Shown piece after piece: positions 8,889 to 18,541 of a DNA stretch of 64,000 bases. How positions within the stretch are numbered: position 1 is the first letter of the stretch; every line of letters starts with the position of its first letter. Where the stretch lies: NCBI GenBank assembly GCA_963663385.2, contig CAXXXD010000003.1:1536001-1600000 (forward strand), given 5' to 3'. The notes beneath the pieces are model-generated. The model had not been told where the DNA came from. It saw only the letters and a list, made by a program, of their open reading frames with translations, and did no database searches. The translations under genes were made by a program, and so were the position numbers. This DNA comes from Oceanispirochaeta sp. GTDB lineage: Bacteria; Spirochaetota; Spirochaetia; DSM-2461.

Positions 8889-9186
8889 ATTGCAATAGCA
8901 GATTTGTCCATATCCAGTACTTTTACCGCATCAGTAATTCTTTGATCATGAATTGTTTTATCCCAGTTCCCTTCTACAGAAACAAATTTTAATTTATTGC
9001 TAAAAAACACTTTAAAGCCCTTTCGGTACAGAAATAGTAATTTCCTGGATCATCAGTTTAATCATTTTATATTATAGTACGTTAATAATAGATGAAACAG
9101 GAAACACTATTATACAGTTCAGGAGAATATAAAGAATATATGTTTGAGAGTTTTATAGTTTCATCGTAAATTTTATAAACAAAGAG

Positions 9187-9843
9187 ATGAAAGAAATAAG
9201 CAGCATAAACAGGACTAAAGGCGAAGCCCGGAATTACTATAATAGAATAAGCAAATACTACGATATTATATCAGGAAAAAAAGAGAATAAAATTAATAAA
9301 CTGGGATTAAAGAGACTGGGGACTGAGCCTGAAGACGAGATCCTGGAAATAGGATTTGGAACAGGAAAAATATTAAAGGAAATCATAACACAACCAGATT
9401 ATAGAGGAACATTATTCGGAATTGATATATCTGACGGGATGATAATTGAAGCGGGAAAACGATTCAACAATGAAGAAAAAAAGAGAATCAAACTAATTTG
9501 CGGAGATGCGGTCGTTTTACCATTCGGGAATGAGGAATTTGATAAGATTTTTATCAGTTTTACTTTAGAACTATTTGATACACCGGAAATACCGGTCGTT
9601 TTGAAGGAATGTAAACGGGTACTGAAGAGCAGTGGAAAGATCTGTGTAGTATCAATGTCTAAACGGAAAGAGAGTATAATGGAAAAAATATATGAATGGT
9701 CTCATAGGCATTTTCCAAAACTGATTGACTGCAGACCCCTATACACAAAAGAAGTACTGGTAGAATCAAGATTCAAAGTTGAAGAACTGATAGAGGAATC
9801 TCTATATGGACTACCGGTTGATATAATAATCTGTAAAAAATAA
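9187..9843 (+). CDS. Class I SAM-dependent methyltransferase (UbiE-like)
   Basis: ILEIGFGTG motif I, GIDISDGM, GDAVVLPF, ECKRVLKSSG. Confidence 0.88.
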   Translation: MKEISSINRTKGEARNYYNRISKYYDIISGKKENKINKLGLKRLGTEPEDEILEIGFGTGKILKEIITQPDYRGTLFGIDISDGMIIEAGKRFNNEEKKRIKLICGDAVVLPFGNEEFDKIFISFTLELFDTPEIPVVLKECKRVLKSSGKICVVSMSKRKESIMEKIYEWSHRHFPKLIDCRPLYTKEVLVESRFKVEELIEESLYGLPVDIIICKK

Positions 9844-9914
9844 ATGCTTTAACCCAAACAGACTGCAGAATACCTTCGAGACTGCCCCGTCAGACAGTCC
9901 CGAAAACATCCTAC

Positions 9915-10508
9915 TTAACCTTTCCGGTATTCTGCCAGGTAATTATGGCCCATATCCGTCAAATCGAACCTTTGGAATCCGGCAGATTCTACAAGATCAT
10001 CCAGCTGTTCCACCGATATCCGGCGAGCCAGGGGCGGTCCGAAAGCGGTCTGTTCCTTCCTGCACTCCACAACAAAGAATCTCCCCGAAGGTTTCAGAAT
10101 ACGAAAGATTTCCCTGAACAAACCGTCCGCACACCGGGGCAGATCCAAAGCATGCAGGACCGTGCAGATAAAGCAGACATCACAAAGACCATCTCCAAGG
10201 GGAATTTTTCCGGTCAGATCGGCAACGACACCTTTTACCTGATCCGAACCGTTCATCCGGGCTTCTTCCGCTAATGCATGGATCCCGCTTTCATTCCGGT
10301 CCAGGGCGTAAATATGCCCCCTGCTGCCGACGATCTGTGCAGCCGCAAGAGCATAACTGCCGGATCCGCAGCCCAGATCGGCAAATGTATCGCCCTTGCT
10401 CAGATTGAGCCGATCGAATAAAAGATCAGGATCCTGCATCCAGAAGCTGTCCGGTCCCCGGTGGGAACGGCAGCCGTTCCGGCAGGCATGGGCTATCTCA
10501 TGTTTCAT
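9915..10508 (-). CDS. Class I SAM-dependent methyltransferase with His/Cys-rich N-terminus
   Basis: FADLGCGSG, YALD, EIFRILKPSG; ATG 10508 after an AAGGGAG RBS, 19 bp downstream of the activase stop. Confidence 0.85.
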   Translation of the reverse strand: MKHEIAHACRNGCRSHRGPDSFWMQDPDLLFDRLNLSKGDTFADLGCGSGSYALAAAQIVGSRGHIYALDRNESGIHALAEEARMNGSDQVKGVVADLTGKIPLGDGLCDVCFICTVLHALDLPRCADGLFREIFRILKPSGRFFVVECRKEQTAFGPPLARRISVEQLDDLVESAGFQRFDLTDMGHNYLAEYRKG

Positions 10509-10527
10509 AATAACTCCCTTTCCGTTT

Positions 10528-13500
10528 CTATAGATAAAACAGGAATGATTCGATTTTCTTTCTGGTATTTTCATTCGAAGTCCCGTCAAAAGTCAGGTTC
10601 AACAGAGGCTTCGAATCCCCGTCGGTTCCTCCCTTATACAGGGAGCTCATGGTTATACCCGTATTCTCGTAAGTGGAGGCAAGGGACAGGACTCCGTCGA
10701 CATCCCCATGGGGTGCAACAGCCGCGGCAAAGCGGTACCGGCCGAATGCGCCGGCATAATACCCGACGGACTGGTCCGCCCGGCGGTGGAGTCTGGCAAG
10801 ATCCGGGTGGAAAACGGAGTTCGCCCCCATACTGCGGGATACAGCGGCATGGATTCTTTCCAGACCGGAGAGGATTTCCTCATAAAACGGGTCGGCCCTG
10901 CCGGCAGCAGCCTGTACAGCGGCATAATCCCGCCAGAGCATAAGAAGGGCTTCTGCCAGAGAGGCATATAGAATCCGGTGTTCCTCCTCCAGACCGGCCA
11001 GCATCCGATCGGTCAGATTCCGATTATAAAGGATGGACGGTTCGCCAACCGCCAGGAGACATTTTCCCGCAGAGAAGTCGGTCCAGAAACGGCTTACGTC
11101 CTCTGCCAGAGCTGTAACACCGAAAAGGGAAAGATTCCCGTCCATACCATCCAGCAATCTGTCCAGACAGCGCATCCGCATAGGGGACGGTGTATTATTG
11201 ACCAGATCACCGCACAGGATCCCCAGAAAAAACCGTTCGGCCCACTCCTTTCCCATAAGGGGAAAATCCTCCGCAAAAGGCGCAAAGACCCGAGAGCCGA
11301 TGTACCCGGACTCATCCATCCTGGTCCGGACAAGGCGGGCGAACTGGCCGTCCACTTCCGCCCCTTCGAATTGAGGGATAAAAAAAGCGGCAGACTGGGA
11401 AGCACCCTCTTCCCGGAGGGTCTTGAGACGGGTAAAGATATCGCCGAATAATGCCGTCAGAGACAGAAGCTCATTGGTGAGCGTATACCTGCGGCCTTCC
11501 GCCAGGGAGGCATTTTCCGCCAGGGGAAGCACCTCGGCTTTCACCCCGTTGCTCCGAAGCTGAACGGCCGCTATATCAGAATAGGGAAACAGGTTCGGCA
11601 GATAGAGTGTCTGATCATCAGAAAGGTCCTTCAGCGCACGGCAGAAGCCAGCAGAAGGGGCATCCTTTTCATCTGGTGCCGGAGAATCGGCAGCGGATAC
11701 GGAAGGAGCGCCGAGACTGCCGAGGAACGCTTCGATCCGGGTAATGACCCCCACTTCCGAAGAGTGCTCATCCACTTCGATATTCAGATAGGGTTTATCT
11801 CCCATGATCTCGCTGAAATAGTGGATAAAAACGGAGTCGGGTCCGCAACAGTGGTGAGTCAGAAAAACCGCATGCATATTGGGGTAATTGCGAACCATTT
11901 TGGCCGTTTCCAGAATATGCTGTCCGAAAGGCCAGTACATATTGGGGTGCTCCCGGGAAACATCGCCTTCGGGAAGCTCGAAGAAAGAGAGAACTTTGTA
12001 TCCCTGGTCCATCAGTATCCCGGGGATTCCCATGTTTAGAACGGGATCGGCTACGCCATAGATTTTCGAGATCAATACAAAGACCTGTTCATCCGGCTTG
12101 ATATCCTCCCAGACCTGTTTCCCATTGGCTTTGAGCCTCTCTTCAAAAGCAAGGGCCGCCATCATCCCTTTCTGGAGGGCATTGCCTATCTCCTCTTTCG
12201 ATCGTCCCAGTTCCGCGCCCAGCGAAGCGAAGCTGCTCCTCATAAAATCCTGACCTCGATTAAATGCGATAGTCGGAGCAAGCAGCCTGATTCCCCTGCT
12301 TTGAAGTTCCATATTCCGGTTGATGATTTTAAAAGCCAGCTGCATGTAGGCACAGCCGTAATTCTGCCTGGATTGGGAATCGGGATGTTCAATCGTATGG
12401 AGATCGGGAAAGAAAATATAGTCCACATTCTTTTCAATAAGTTCTGCCACATGACCGTTAATCAGCTTCATGGGATAACACAGTTCATCCTGGGAGAACT
12501 CCTGTCCAAGGGAGATAGTTCTTTCACTTGTCGGATCGGAGAGAACCACATTGAATCCCAATTCCCGGAATATGGTACTGAACATGGGATACATGCCGTA
12601 GGTAAACAAAGCCCGGGGGATCCCCACCGTTTTTTTCTCAGAATCCGCCTTGGTATCATATCCCTTGAAGATCAGATCCGAAACCCTTTTATTGAACTGA
12701 CCGTTCCGATCGACAGCCTTTTCACGGGGACGAGACTCTTCCATCCGGGAGAAATCCGCTGCAAATCCCCTGAAATCGGAATTCAGGCACAGGCATTCGT
12801 CCATTGCCAGAAGGGCTGCACCAAAAGCGCCGGTCACACTGAAATACGGCGGTACAACAACATCCTTACCTGTTAGAACCCGGAACGCGTTGACCACACC
12901 CTGATTATAGGCGATACCCCCCTGCAGAAAAATCTTATTTCCGATCGGCTTTGATCCAACGACCCGGTTCAGATAATTTCTGACAATGGAATAACAGAGG
13001 CCTGATGCTATATCCTCCATGGAAGTCCCCCGCGAGAGAGCGGCGGCAATACTGGATTCAATGAATACGGTACAGCGCTCTCCCAATTCCAGCGGATACC
13101 CTGATTTCAGAGCCAGAGGACCGAATTCCTCCAGGGGAATACTGAATTTCTTTGCCTGTTCTTCAATAAAGGATCCCGTTCCGGCCGCACAAACCTTATT
13201 CATCTGAAAATCCTTTACCCGACCGTCTTTCAGCCGGATAAACTTGGAGTCCTGTCCGCCGATTTCAAAAACCGTATCCACATGAGGATCCAGAAAGGCC
13301 GCCGCCCTGGCCTGGGCCGTGATTTCATCCCGGATCAGGTCCGCACCGATTATCTCCCCGATCCGGTACCGCCCCGATCCGGTGATTCCCGCGCCTGTAA
13401 CAGTCAGGGTATCCCCCCATTTTTCATGTATACGGCTGAAACAGGTCTGCAGGGCACCGAGAGGATTACCGTGCGTACGGATATATTGCCACTCCATAAC

Positions 13501-14526
13501 CCCGCCTCCGGAATTGATCAATACCACATTTGTACTGGTGGAACCGATATCAATCCCCATATGACAGGAGAGGGAATTCCGGTTTACCGGATCTGCCTGA
13601 AGTTTATGCTTTCCCTCACTGTCACCGTTTCCGAACAGATGCAGAGGGAGCAGCGTACTCTCCCTTTCGGGAGACCGGGAAGCGGGAGCTTCCAGAAAGC
13701 GGATCAAAGCCGGGACATCCAGGCAATGGTTGTTCTGATGGGCGATAATTGCCGTTCCCGCCGCCTGGAGAATACCGCAGGATTCGGGAACAACCAATTC
13801 TCCGGATTCCAGCCGAAAAACGTCTTCCAGCGCCTTTACGATCCCCCGGTTGAACCCGACGCCTCCCGTAAAAATCAGCGGCTTCTCCACCTTCTGTCTC
13901 TTTACAATAGTCCCCCTGTAGTTCTTTACAAGGCCGTAGGCCAGTCCCATAAGGATATCCTCTACGGGGGTTCCCTCCTGCAGATGGTGGGTTATATCCG
14001 TTTTGGCAAAAACGCTGCACCGTCCGGCAATGCGGGGAATGCTGGCAGCTGCCATGGCGTATGTCGAATAATCCTCCAGTTTCAAATTCATTCTGGAGAC
14101 CTGTTCCTCCAGAAAGGATCCCGTACCGGCAGCGCAATCGGAGTTCATGGAAATATCGATACCGCCCGTACTATCCGGTGCGAATCCCGTAATGTATTTG
14201 GCGCTTTCTCCGCCGATTTCAACGATCGAACGGGCAGATCCATGGAAAAGCGAAACCCCTTCGATCAAAGCTGTCGTCTCGTTTACCAATGTGCCGTTTC
14301 CCTGCTCCTGAAGGAACCGGCTTCCGCTTCCGGTAAAGGCTCCTGCCGTTACTGATTCCAGAGACGGTAAGTCAGGACAATCCGACTCTATGGATTTCAA
14401 AATATCAACCAGGACCTCCCGGGGCCGACCATGATGCAGAACATATTTCTGATAAAGGCATTTTTCGCCTTCCAGCAATACGGCTTTTACAGATGAATAA
14501 CCGATATCAATACCCAGACTTAACAT
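10528..14526 (-). CDS. Fused 2-hydroxyacyl-CoA dehydratase activator (two BadF/BadG/BcrA/BcrD ATPase domains) plus DUF2229/dehydratase-like region
   Basis: Two ASKHA modules (GIDIGYSSVK...EIGGESAK...CAAGTG...RCSVF and GIDIGSTSTN...EIGGQDSK...CAAGTG...RCTVF), then VGIPRAL, ELCYPMK, HHCCGPD, IEVDEH...TRIEAF. Confidence 0.88.
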   Translation of the reverse strand: MLSLGIDIGYSSVKAVLLEGEKCLYQKYVLHHGRPREVLVDILKSIESDCPDLPSLESVTAGAFTGSGSRFLQEQGNGTLVNETTALIEGVSLFHGSARSIVEIGGESAKYITGFAPDSTGGIDISMNSDCAAGTGSFLEEQVSRMNLKLEDYSTYAMAAASIPRIAGRCSVFAKTDITHHLQEGTPVEDILMGLAYGLVKNYRGTIVKRQKVEKPLIFTGGVGFNRGIVKALEDVFRLESGELVVPESCGILQAAGTAIIAHQNNHCLDVPALIRFLEAPASRSPERESTLLPLHLFGNGDSEGKHKLQADPVNRNSLSCHMGIDIGSTSTNVVLINSGGGVMEWQYIRTHGNPLGALQTCFSRIHEKWGDTLTVTGAGITGSGRYRIGEIIGADLIRDEITAQARAAAFLDPHVDTVFEIGGQDSKFIRLKDGRVKDFQMNKVCAAGTGSFIEEQAKKFSIPLEEFGPLALKSGYPLELGERCTVFIESSIAAALSRGTSMEDIASGLCYSIVRNYLNRVVGSKPIGNKIFLQGGIAYNQGVVNAFRVLTGKDVVVPPYFSVTGAFGAALLAMDECLCLNSDFRGFAADFSRMEESRPREKAVDRNGQFNKRVSDLIFKGYDTKADSEKKTVGIPRALFTYGMYPMFSTIFRELGFNVVLSDPTSERTISLGQEFSQDELCYPMKLINGHVAELIEKNVDYIFFPDLHTIEHPDSQSRQNYGCAYMQLAFKIINRNMELQSRGIRLLAPTIAFNRGQDFMRSSFASLGAELGRSKEEIGNALQKGMMAALAFEERLKANGKQVWEDIKPDEQVFVLISKIYGVADPVLNMGIPGILMDQGYKVLSFFELPEGDVSREHPNMYWPFGQHILETAKMVRNYPNMHAVFLTHHCCGPDSVFIHYFSEIMGDKPYLNIEVDEHSSEVGVITRIEAFLGSLGAPSVSAADSPAPDEKDAPSAGFCRALKDLSDDQTLYLPNLFPYSDIAAVQLRSNGVKAEVLPLAENASLAEGRRYTLTNELLSLTALFGDIFTRLKTLREEGASQSAAFFIPQFEGAEVDGQFARLVRTRMDESGYIGSRVFAPFAEDFPLMGKEWAERFFLGILCGDLVNNTPSPMRMRCLDRLLDGMDGNLSLFGVTALAEDVSRFWTDFSAGKCLLAVGEPSILYNRNLTDRMLAGLEEEHRILYASLAEALLMLWRDYAAVQAAAGRADPFYEEILSGLERIHAAVSRSMGANSVFHPDLARLHRRADQSVGYYAGAFGRYRFAAAVAPHGDVDGVLSLASTYENTGITMSSLYKGGTDGDSKPLLNLTFDGTSNENTRKKIESFLFYL

Positions 14527-14545
14527 AATACTCTTCTCCTTCCTC

Positions 14546-14995
14546 TCAGGGATTTGTTCGCCGTTGATCCCGGCGGGTAAGCGATTCTTTCATATTGGAA
14601 AGTATCCGTTCCAGCAGGAGAAGCTCCTCCCGGCTGATACACCTCAGGATATGCTGCTCAACCGACTGTTTTATCACCAGCAGTTCATCCCGAAGGGCCA
14701 GACCGGATTCGGTGATGTGTAAACGACTCTGCCGGTTATCCTGCCTATCCGATGATTTGTTAATATATCCTTTCCATTTCAGGGATTTGACGGCATTTCC
14801 GATCCGCAGTCCCTCCCCTCCCGAATCGGAAGCGATATCCTTCTGCAAAATGCCGTCCTTTTCGTATACCCGCAGCAGAACAAGCATCTCGAACCGGTTC
14901 AGTCCGTACGGGTTTAACTCCTCCGCCGACTGGTTATGCATTTGACGTATAATTGTTCGCAGCCCGTCAAAAAACGGCCGATCGGTCATCAACAT
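14546..14995 (-). CDS. MarR-family transcriptional regulator
   Basis: 149 aa; DGILQKDIA, GYINKSSDRQDNRQSRLHITESG winged-helix pattern; AGGAGG RBS. Confidence 0.85.
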   Translation of the reverse strand: MLMTDRPFFDGLRTIIRQMHNQSAEELNPYGLNRFEMLVLLRVYEKDGILQKDIASDSGGEGLRIGNAVKSLKWKGYINKSSDRQDNRQSRLHITESGLALRDELLVIKQSVEQHILRCISREELLLLERILSNMKESLTRRDQRRTNP

Positions 14996-15065
14996 AGCTC
15001 CTCCTTATTGTTACGCGCTGACGCAAGCGCATTCTTACCTTTTCCCGTCTGTTTCTTCGATAAAA

Positions 15066-15845
15066 TCACGGTGCAGCCCGCCCGAATGTCCTCTCGGCAA
15101 CAGACTTGACAGATAGAGAGACCAGATGCTCGGGACAGTACTGCTGCACAGAATTGAGATGCAGTAACTCGATGATTCTGTTCCGGATATCGGTAAGAAC
15201 GGGATCCTTCAGATCCCGGCAGGCCTGTTCTGTCTGAATAGAGAACTGTTCTGCTATTTGTGCCGGATTTTTCGATAACACCAGAATTCTATCCGCAATC
15301 AGAAGGGCTTCGTCTATCTCATGGGTTACATAGATCAGACTCCTTCCTGTCTGCCTCAGCAGATGGAGAATCCGCCCGATCAGGTTCATCCGCAGGGAGA
15401 GGTCAAGGGATTTAAGAGGCTCGTCCATCAGCATGAGTTCCGCCGGATAAAAGAATCCCCTTGCGATGGACACACGCTGCCGCATCCCTCCGCTCAGACT
15501 GTAAGGCTTATATTTTTCATACCCCTCCAGATCGACGAGACGAATGATCTCCATCAGTTCCCGCCGTCCGGCATCGGGACGGACAAGATGGATGTTCTCT
15601 TCCACCGTACACCAGGGAAAAAGACGGTCCTCCTGAAAAACATAACTCAATCGGTCGAATCGGCGCAGAACCCGCCCTTTCGAGGGAGATAAAGTTCCGG
15701 AAAGAACGCCCAGGAGAGTTGACTTTCCGCACCCGGAAGGACCGATGAGACAAATTTTTTCCCCTGCGGAAATATTCATGGAAATTCCCGACAGAACTTC
15801 ATGCCTGCCATACCGTTGGTACAGATCTTTCACTTCAAGAATCAT
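15066..15845 (-). CDS. NitT/TauT-type ABC transporter ATP-binding protein
   Basis: GPSGCGKST, YVFQEDRLFPW, LSGGMRQRV, LMDEP, YVTHEIDEA. Confidence 0.93.
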   Translation of the reverse strand: MILEVKDLYQRYGRHEVLSGISMNISAGEKICLIGPSGCGKSTLLGVLSGTLSPSKGRVLRRFDRLSYVFQEDRLFPWCTVEENIHLVRPDAGRRELMEIIRLVDLEGYEKYKPYSLSGGMRQRVSIARGFFYPAELMLMDEPLKSLDLSLRMNLIGRILHLLRQTGRSLIYVTHEIDEALLIADRILVLSKNPAQIAEQFSIQTEQACRDLKDPVLTDIRNRIIELLHLNSVQQYCPEHLVSLSVKSVAERTFGRAAP

Positions 15846-16590
15846 GTTGTTTCACTCCTTTATTCATGCTCTTCTGCGATGCGATACAAAGAAAAACAAC
15901 TACCACTCCAAGAGCGAACACTTTGTCCGTTTCCAGATTCATTTTGGCTTCGGTCAGCATTGCTCCCAGGCCTGTACCGGAGCTTAGAATCTCACTCATT
16001 ATCAATATTTTCCAACTCAGACCGATCATAATCATCAGCCCGGATTTAATAGAACTCACCAATGAGGGAATAATGATGCAGGACAGGATTTTCCTGCGGG
16101 AGAAACGGAAAACATGCCCTACTTCGACCAGCCCGGGATCGATCCGGGAAAACCCTTCAAAAAGACTCACCGCCAGCACCGGGAAAGACACAATCGTAAC
16201 GATAAAAATGGCGGCTCTCCCGTTCAGACCGAACCATATCATGGCAAACGTCATATACAGGATGGGCGGTACACTCTGTATCAGATAGAGAATCGGATTC
16301 AAAAGGTTCTCCAGAGTTTTGTTCACCCCCATCAGGATCCCGTAGAGAAAACCGATCAGGGCAGACAGAACCAGCGCGACGAAAAGTCGGATAAAGCTGA
16401 CTGTCAAAGCCCGATAGAACTCCAGACTTCCCAGGCAGAACCATAGACTCCGAAAAGTTTCCCGGGGACCGGGGAAAATGACCGCGTTATATCTACGGGA
16501 AAGCAAATGCCATACAGAAAGAAGGATAAAAGCTGTCAGCGCATACCGGTAACAACAACAGGATTTTTCTGCCTTATTATTCCGTTTCAT
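15835..16590 (-). CDS. NitT/TauT-type ABC transporter permease
   Basis: FPGPRE...PPILYMTFAMIWFG...SWKILIMSE...GLGAML pattern, multiple TM segments; ATG 16590 overlaps the SBP end. Confidence 0.9.
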   Translation of the reverse strand: MKRNNKAEKSCCCYRYALTAFILLSVWHLLSRRYNAVIFPGPRETFRSLWFCLGSLEFYRALTVSFIRLFVALVLSALIGFLYGILMGVNKTLENLLNPILYLIQSVPPILYMTFAMIWFGLNGRAAIFIVTIVSFPVLAVSLFEGFSRIDPGLVEVGHVFRFSRRKILSCIIIPSLVSSIKSGLMIMIGLSWKILIMSEILSSGTGLGAMLTEAKMNLETDKVFALGVVVVFLCIASQKSMNKGVKQHDS

Positions 16591-17593
16591 ATGTGAAATA
16601 AACTCCTTCTTCCGGAAGCTTCCCACCGATTACTGCCGGTTTCATTGCCAGTAGAACCTCAAAATACCGTAAGACATCCTGCCGGACCGACGTCAGAGGA
16701 AGACAGGATAATCCGGAATTCCCCATAGAACGAGCAATAAGGTCCCGGTTACCTCCGGTAAAATCTTCAGCCAGTTTTCCGGCGGCATCAGGTTCCCGCA
16801 CCACCGCAGTAACGGCAGCGGCAAAAGCTTCATTGACATCATTTAATAGCTCAGGCTGCTGCAGGAGGTCGGGATTCCGGCAGATCATACAGAAACCGGG
16901 CATTCGAAATCCTTCTCCGGCGATTTCCTGCCAGTCCGTACTGTAATCGCTGATAATGCGGTATTCCGCAACACTCTGCAGGTGCACGGTAACAAAAGGC
17001 TGCACATCAACTGCGTAGGAAGCAATTCCCTGAGCGAGCAGCTGGGCAATTTCCGTATGGCTGGAGTAGACGGCGTCCAGATCTTCTCCGATGGCCATTC
17101 CGCAGTCATCCAGGAACAGCTGGGTAACCAGATCCGGAACGGTTCCTTTGGCCGGAATGAAGAGCTCTTTCCCAGCCAGATCTTTCCAGGACCGGCAGGA
17201 AGGATCAGTCGTACTGAGATAAAGGCCGCCCCACTGGAAAACATTCATCATACAAATATTAAATCCCTTATTATAAAGAACCGCCGCCGTATTCACCGGC
17301 ATAAGCACAAAGTCCACATCACCGGATTGGGCCGATGCCATCATGGCATCCATACTGGAGTAATACACTGCTGCAACAGGAGGGATATGACCGGAAGAAC
17401 CGTTTTCCTGCAGCCAGATAGAAGGCAGAGAAGCGATCGATCGGGGACCGGCTATCACGATTCCTTTGGGGACTTCACTTTTCGGGATATCCCTACTCCG
17501 GACGGGTTCAACTTCCCGGTTTCCTTCCGAATATATAAAGACAGCAGCCAAAACGATTATAAAACCCGTCAGTAATTTTTTTTTCATATTCAT
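16577..17593 (-). CDS. NitT/TauT-type (MqnA/MqnD/SBP-like) substrate-binding protein
   Basis: Spirochete-style signal (MKKKLLTGFIIVLAAVFIYSEGNRE), MPVNTAAVLYNKG, WGGLY, GTVPDL, VIGGKLPEEGVY. Confidence 0.85.
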   Translation of the reverse strand: MNMKKKLLTGFIIVLAAVFIYSEGNREVEPVRSRDIPKSEVPKGIVIAGPRSIASLPSIWLQENGSSGHIPPVAAVYYSSMDAMMASAQSGDVDFVLMPVNTAAVLYNKGFNICMMNVFQWGGLYLSTTDPSCRSWKDLAGKELFIPAKGTVPDLVTQLFLDDCGMAIGEDLDAVYSSHTEIAQLLAQGIASYAVDVQPFVTVHLQSVAEYRIISDYSTDWQEIAGEGFRMPGFCMICRNPDLLQQPELLNDVNEAFAAAVTAVVREPDAAGKLAEDFTGGNRDLIARSMGNSGLSCLPLTSVRQDVLRYFEVLLAMKPAVIGGKLPEEGVYFTYETE

Positions 17594-17674
17594 TCACCTC
17601 CTTCCCTGAATGTAATAATTCCACACTTGTTATAATTACCTAACTAAGATAGATTATCCTTATGCTCATAAAAA

Positions 17675-17688
17675 GTATCTGCAGATAC
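17675..17688. promoter_or_regulatory. Perfect palindrome GTATC-N4-GATAC, probable Crp/Fnr-family operator
   Basis: GTATCTGCAGATAC in the divergent region between the SBP gene and the Crp/Fnr gene. Confidence 0.55.
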
Positions 17689-17703
17689 AGAGAAGGAGGA
17701 AAA

Positions 17704-18378
17704 ATGAGGGAATATGCCCCGGCCCTGATGCAGTGCCCCTTATTTACCGGAGTGGAATACGAGAAGCTCTTTCAGCAACTGGACGATACGGCATCCCTAT
17801 TCAGGGAATTCCGGAAAAAAGAATACATAATGCGGTCGGACAGACTCTACCCGTTCCTTTCCGTTATCCTCGATGGAACAGTGGAAATACACCGCCCCCT
17901 GCTGAACGGCCGGAACCTGTGCATTGGACTGAGATCGTCAGGCGATCTTTTCGGCGGTGCAACAGTCTTTTATAATGCCACTTCCGGTTGCGATATATTT
18001 GCCAGAACGAAAGTCCGGCTTATGGAGCTGCCTCAGGAAAAAGTCCTAAGGTTATCTGTCCTATTTCCTCAAATCATGCAGAATATGAATAATATGTACA
18101 GCCGGCGGATACTCGCCTACCAGCAGCGACTTGAACTGATGAGTTACTCTTCCATCAAACAGAAAATTGCCTACTACTGCGTGTATATTCTGAAAATGGA
18201 TGAAACCGGCATTCGGCCGTTACCCTTCTCCAAAGCCAAATGGTCGGAATACATGAATGTATCCCGGCCGTCTCTTCTGCGGGAATTGAAAGATCTTTCC
18301 CGGGAAGGTATCCTGACTGCTGAAAACAACTCCATCAGGATTCTGGATAAAGCCGGGCTGGAGGATTATCTGTTTTGA
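17704..18378 (+). CDS. Crp/Fnr-family transcriptional regulator
   Basis: QCPLFTG, ILDGTVEI, GDLFGG (cNMP-binding fold); SIKQKIAYY...LPFSKAKWSEYMNVSRPSLLREL (HTH); ATG 17704 after AGGAGG. Confidence 0.9.
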   Translation: MREYAPALMQCPLFTGVEYEKLFQQLDDTASLFREFRKKEYIMRSDRLYPFLSVILDGTVEIHRPLLNGRNLCIGLRSSGDLFGGATVFYNATSGCDIFARTKVRLMELPQEKVLRLSVLFPQIMQNMNNMYSRRILAYQQRLELMSYSSIKQKIAYYCVYILKMDETGIRPLPFSKAKWSEYMNVSRPSLLRELKDLSREGILTAENNSIRILDKAGLEDYLF

Positions 18379-18541
18379 TTCGACAGGACGAATCTCTGAT
18401 ACAGGGAGGAAATCCGCTAGATTATTCCCCTTTTATATATAATAGGTAAAATGAACAAATAACTTTTCAATAATGTATTCAACAGCTGACAGCCAGTTTA
18501 ATACTTTATTTTATTGATACATAATACGAGACATAGGGAAA

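Noticed and set aside
8738..9010. 90-aa minus-strand and 93-aa plus-strand ORFs spanning the repeat element as real genes
   Set aside because: Their repeated peptides (VHASGTG, QSRMHG) merely translate the DNA repeat; at most a gene fragment read into the element.
9844..9914. Possible attC site after the AT-rich methyltransferase (CTTTAAC plus weak hairpin)
   Set aside because: No matching R' (GTTRRRY) box or L-box pairing at a suitable distance.
13282..14355. 357-aa plus-strand ORF (and similar long antisense ORFs at 20450-21241 and 50590-51432)
   Set aside because: Lie entirely antisense to well-supported genes and show no recognisable motifs.
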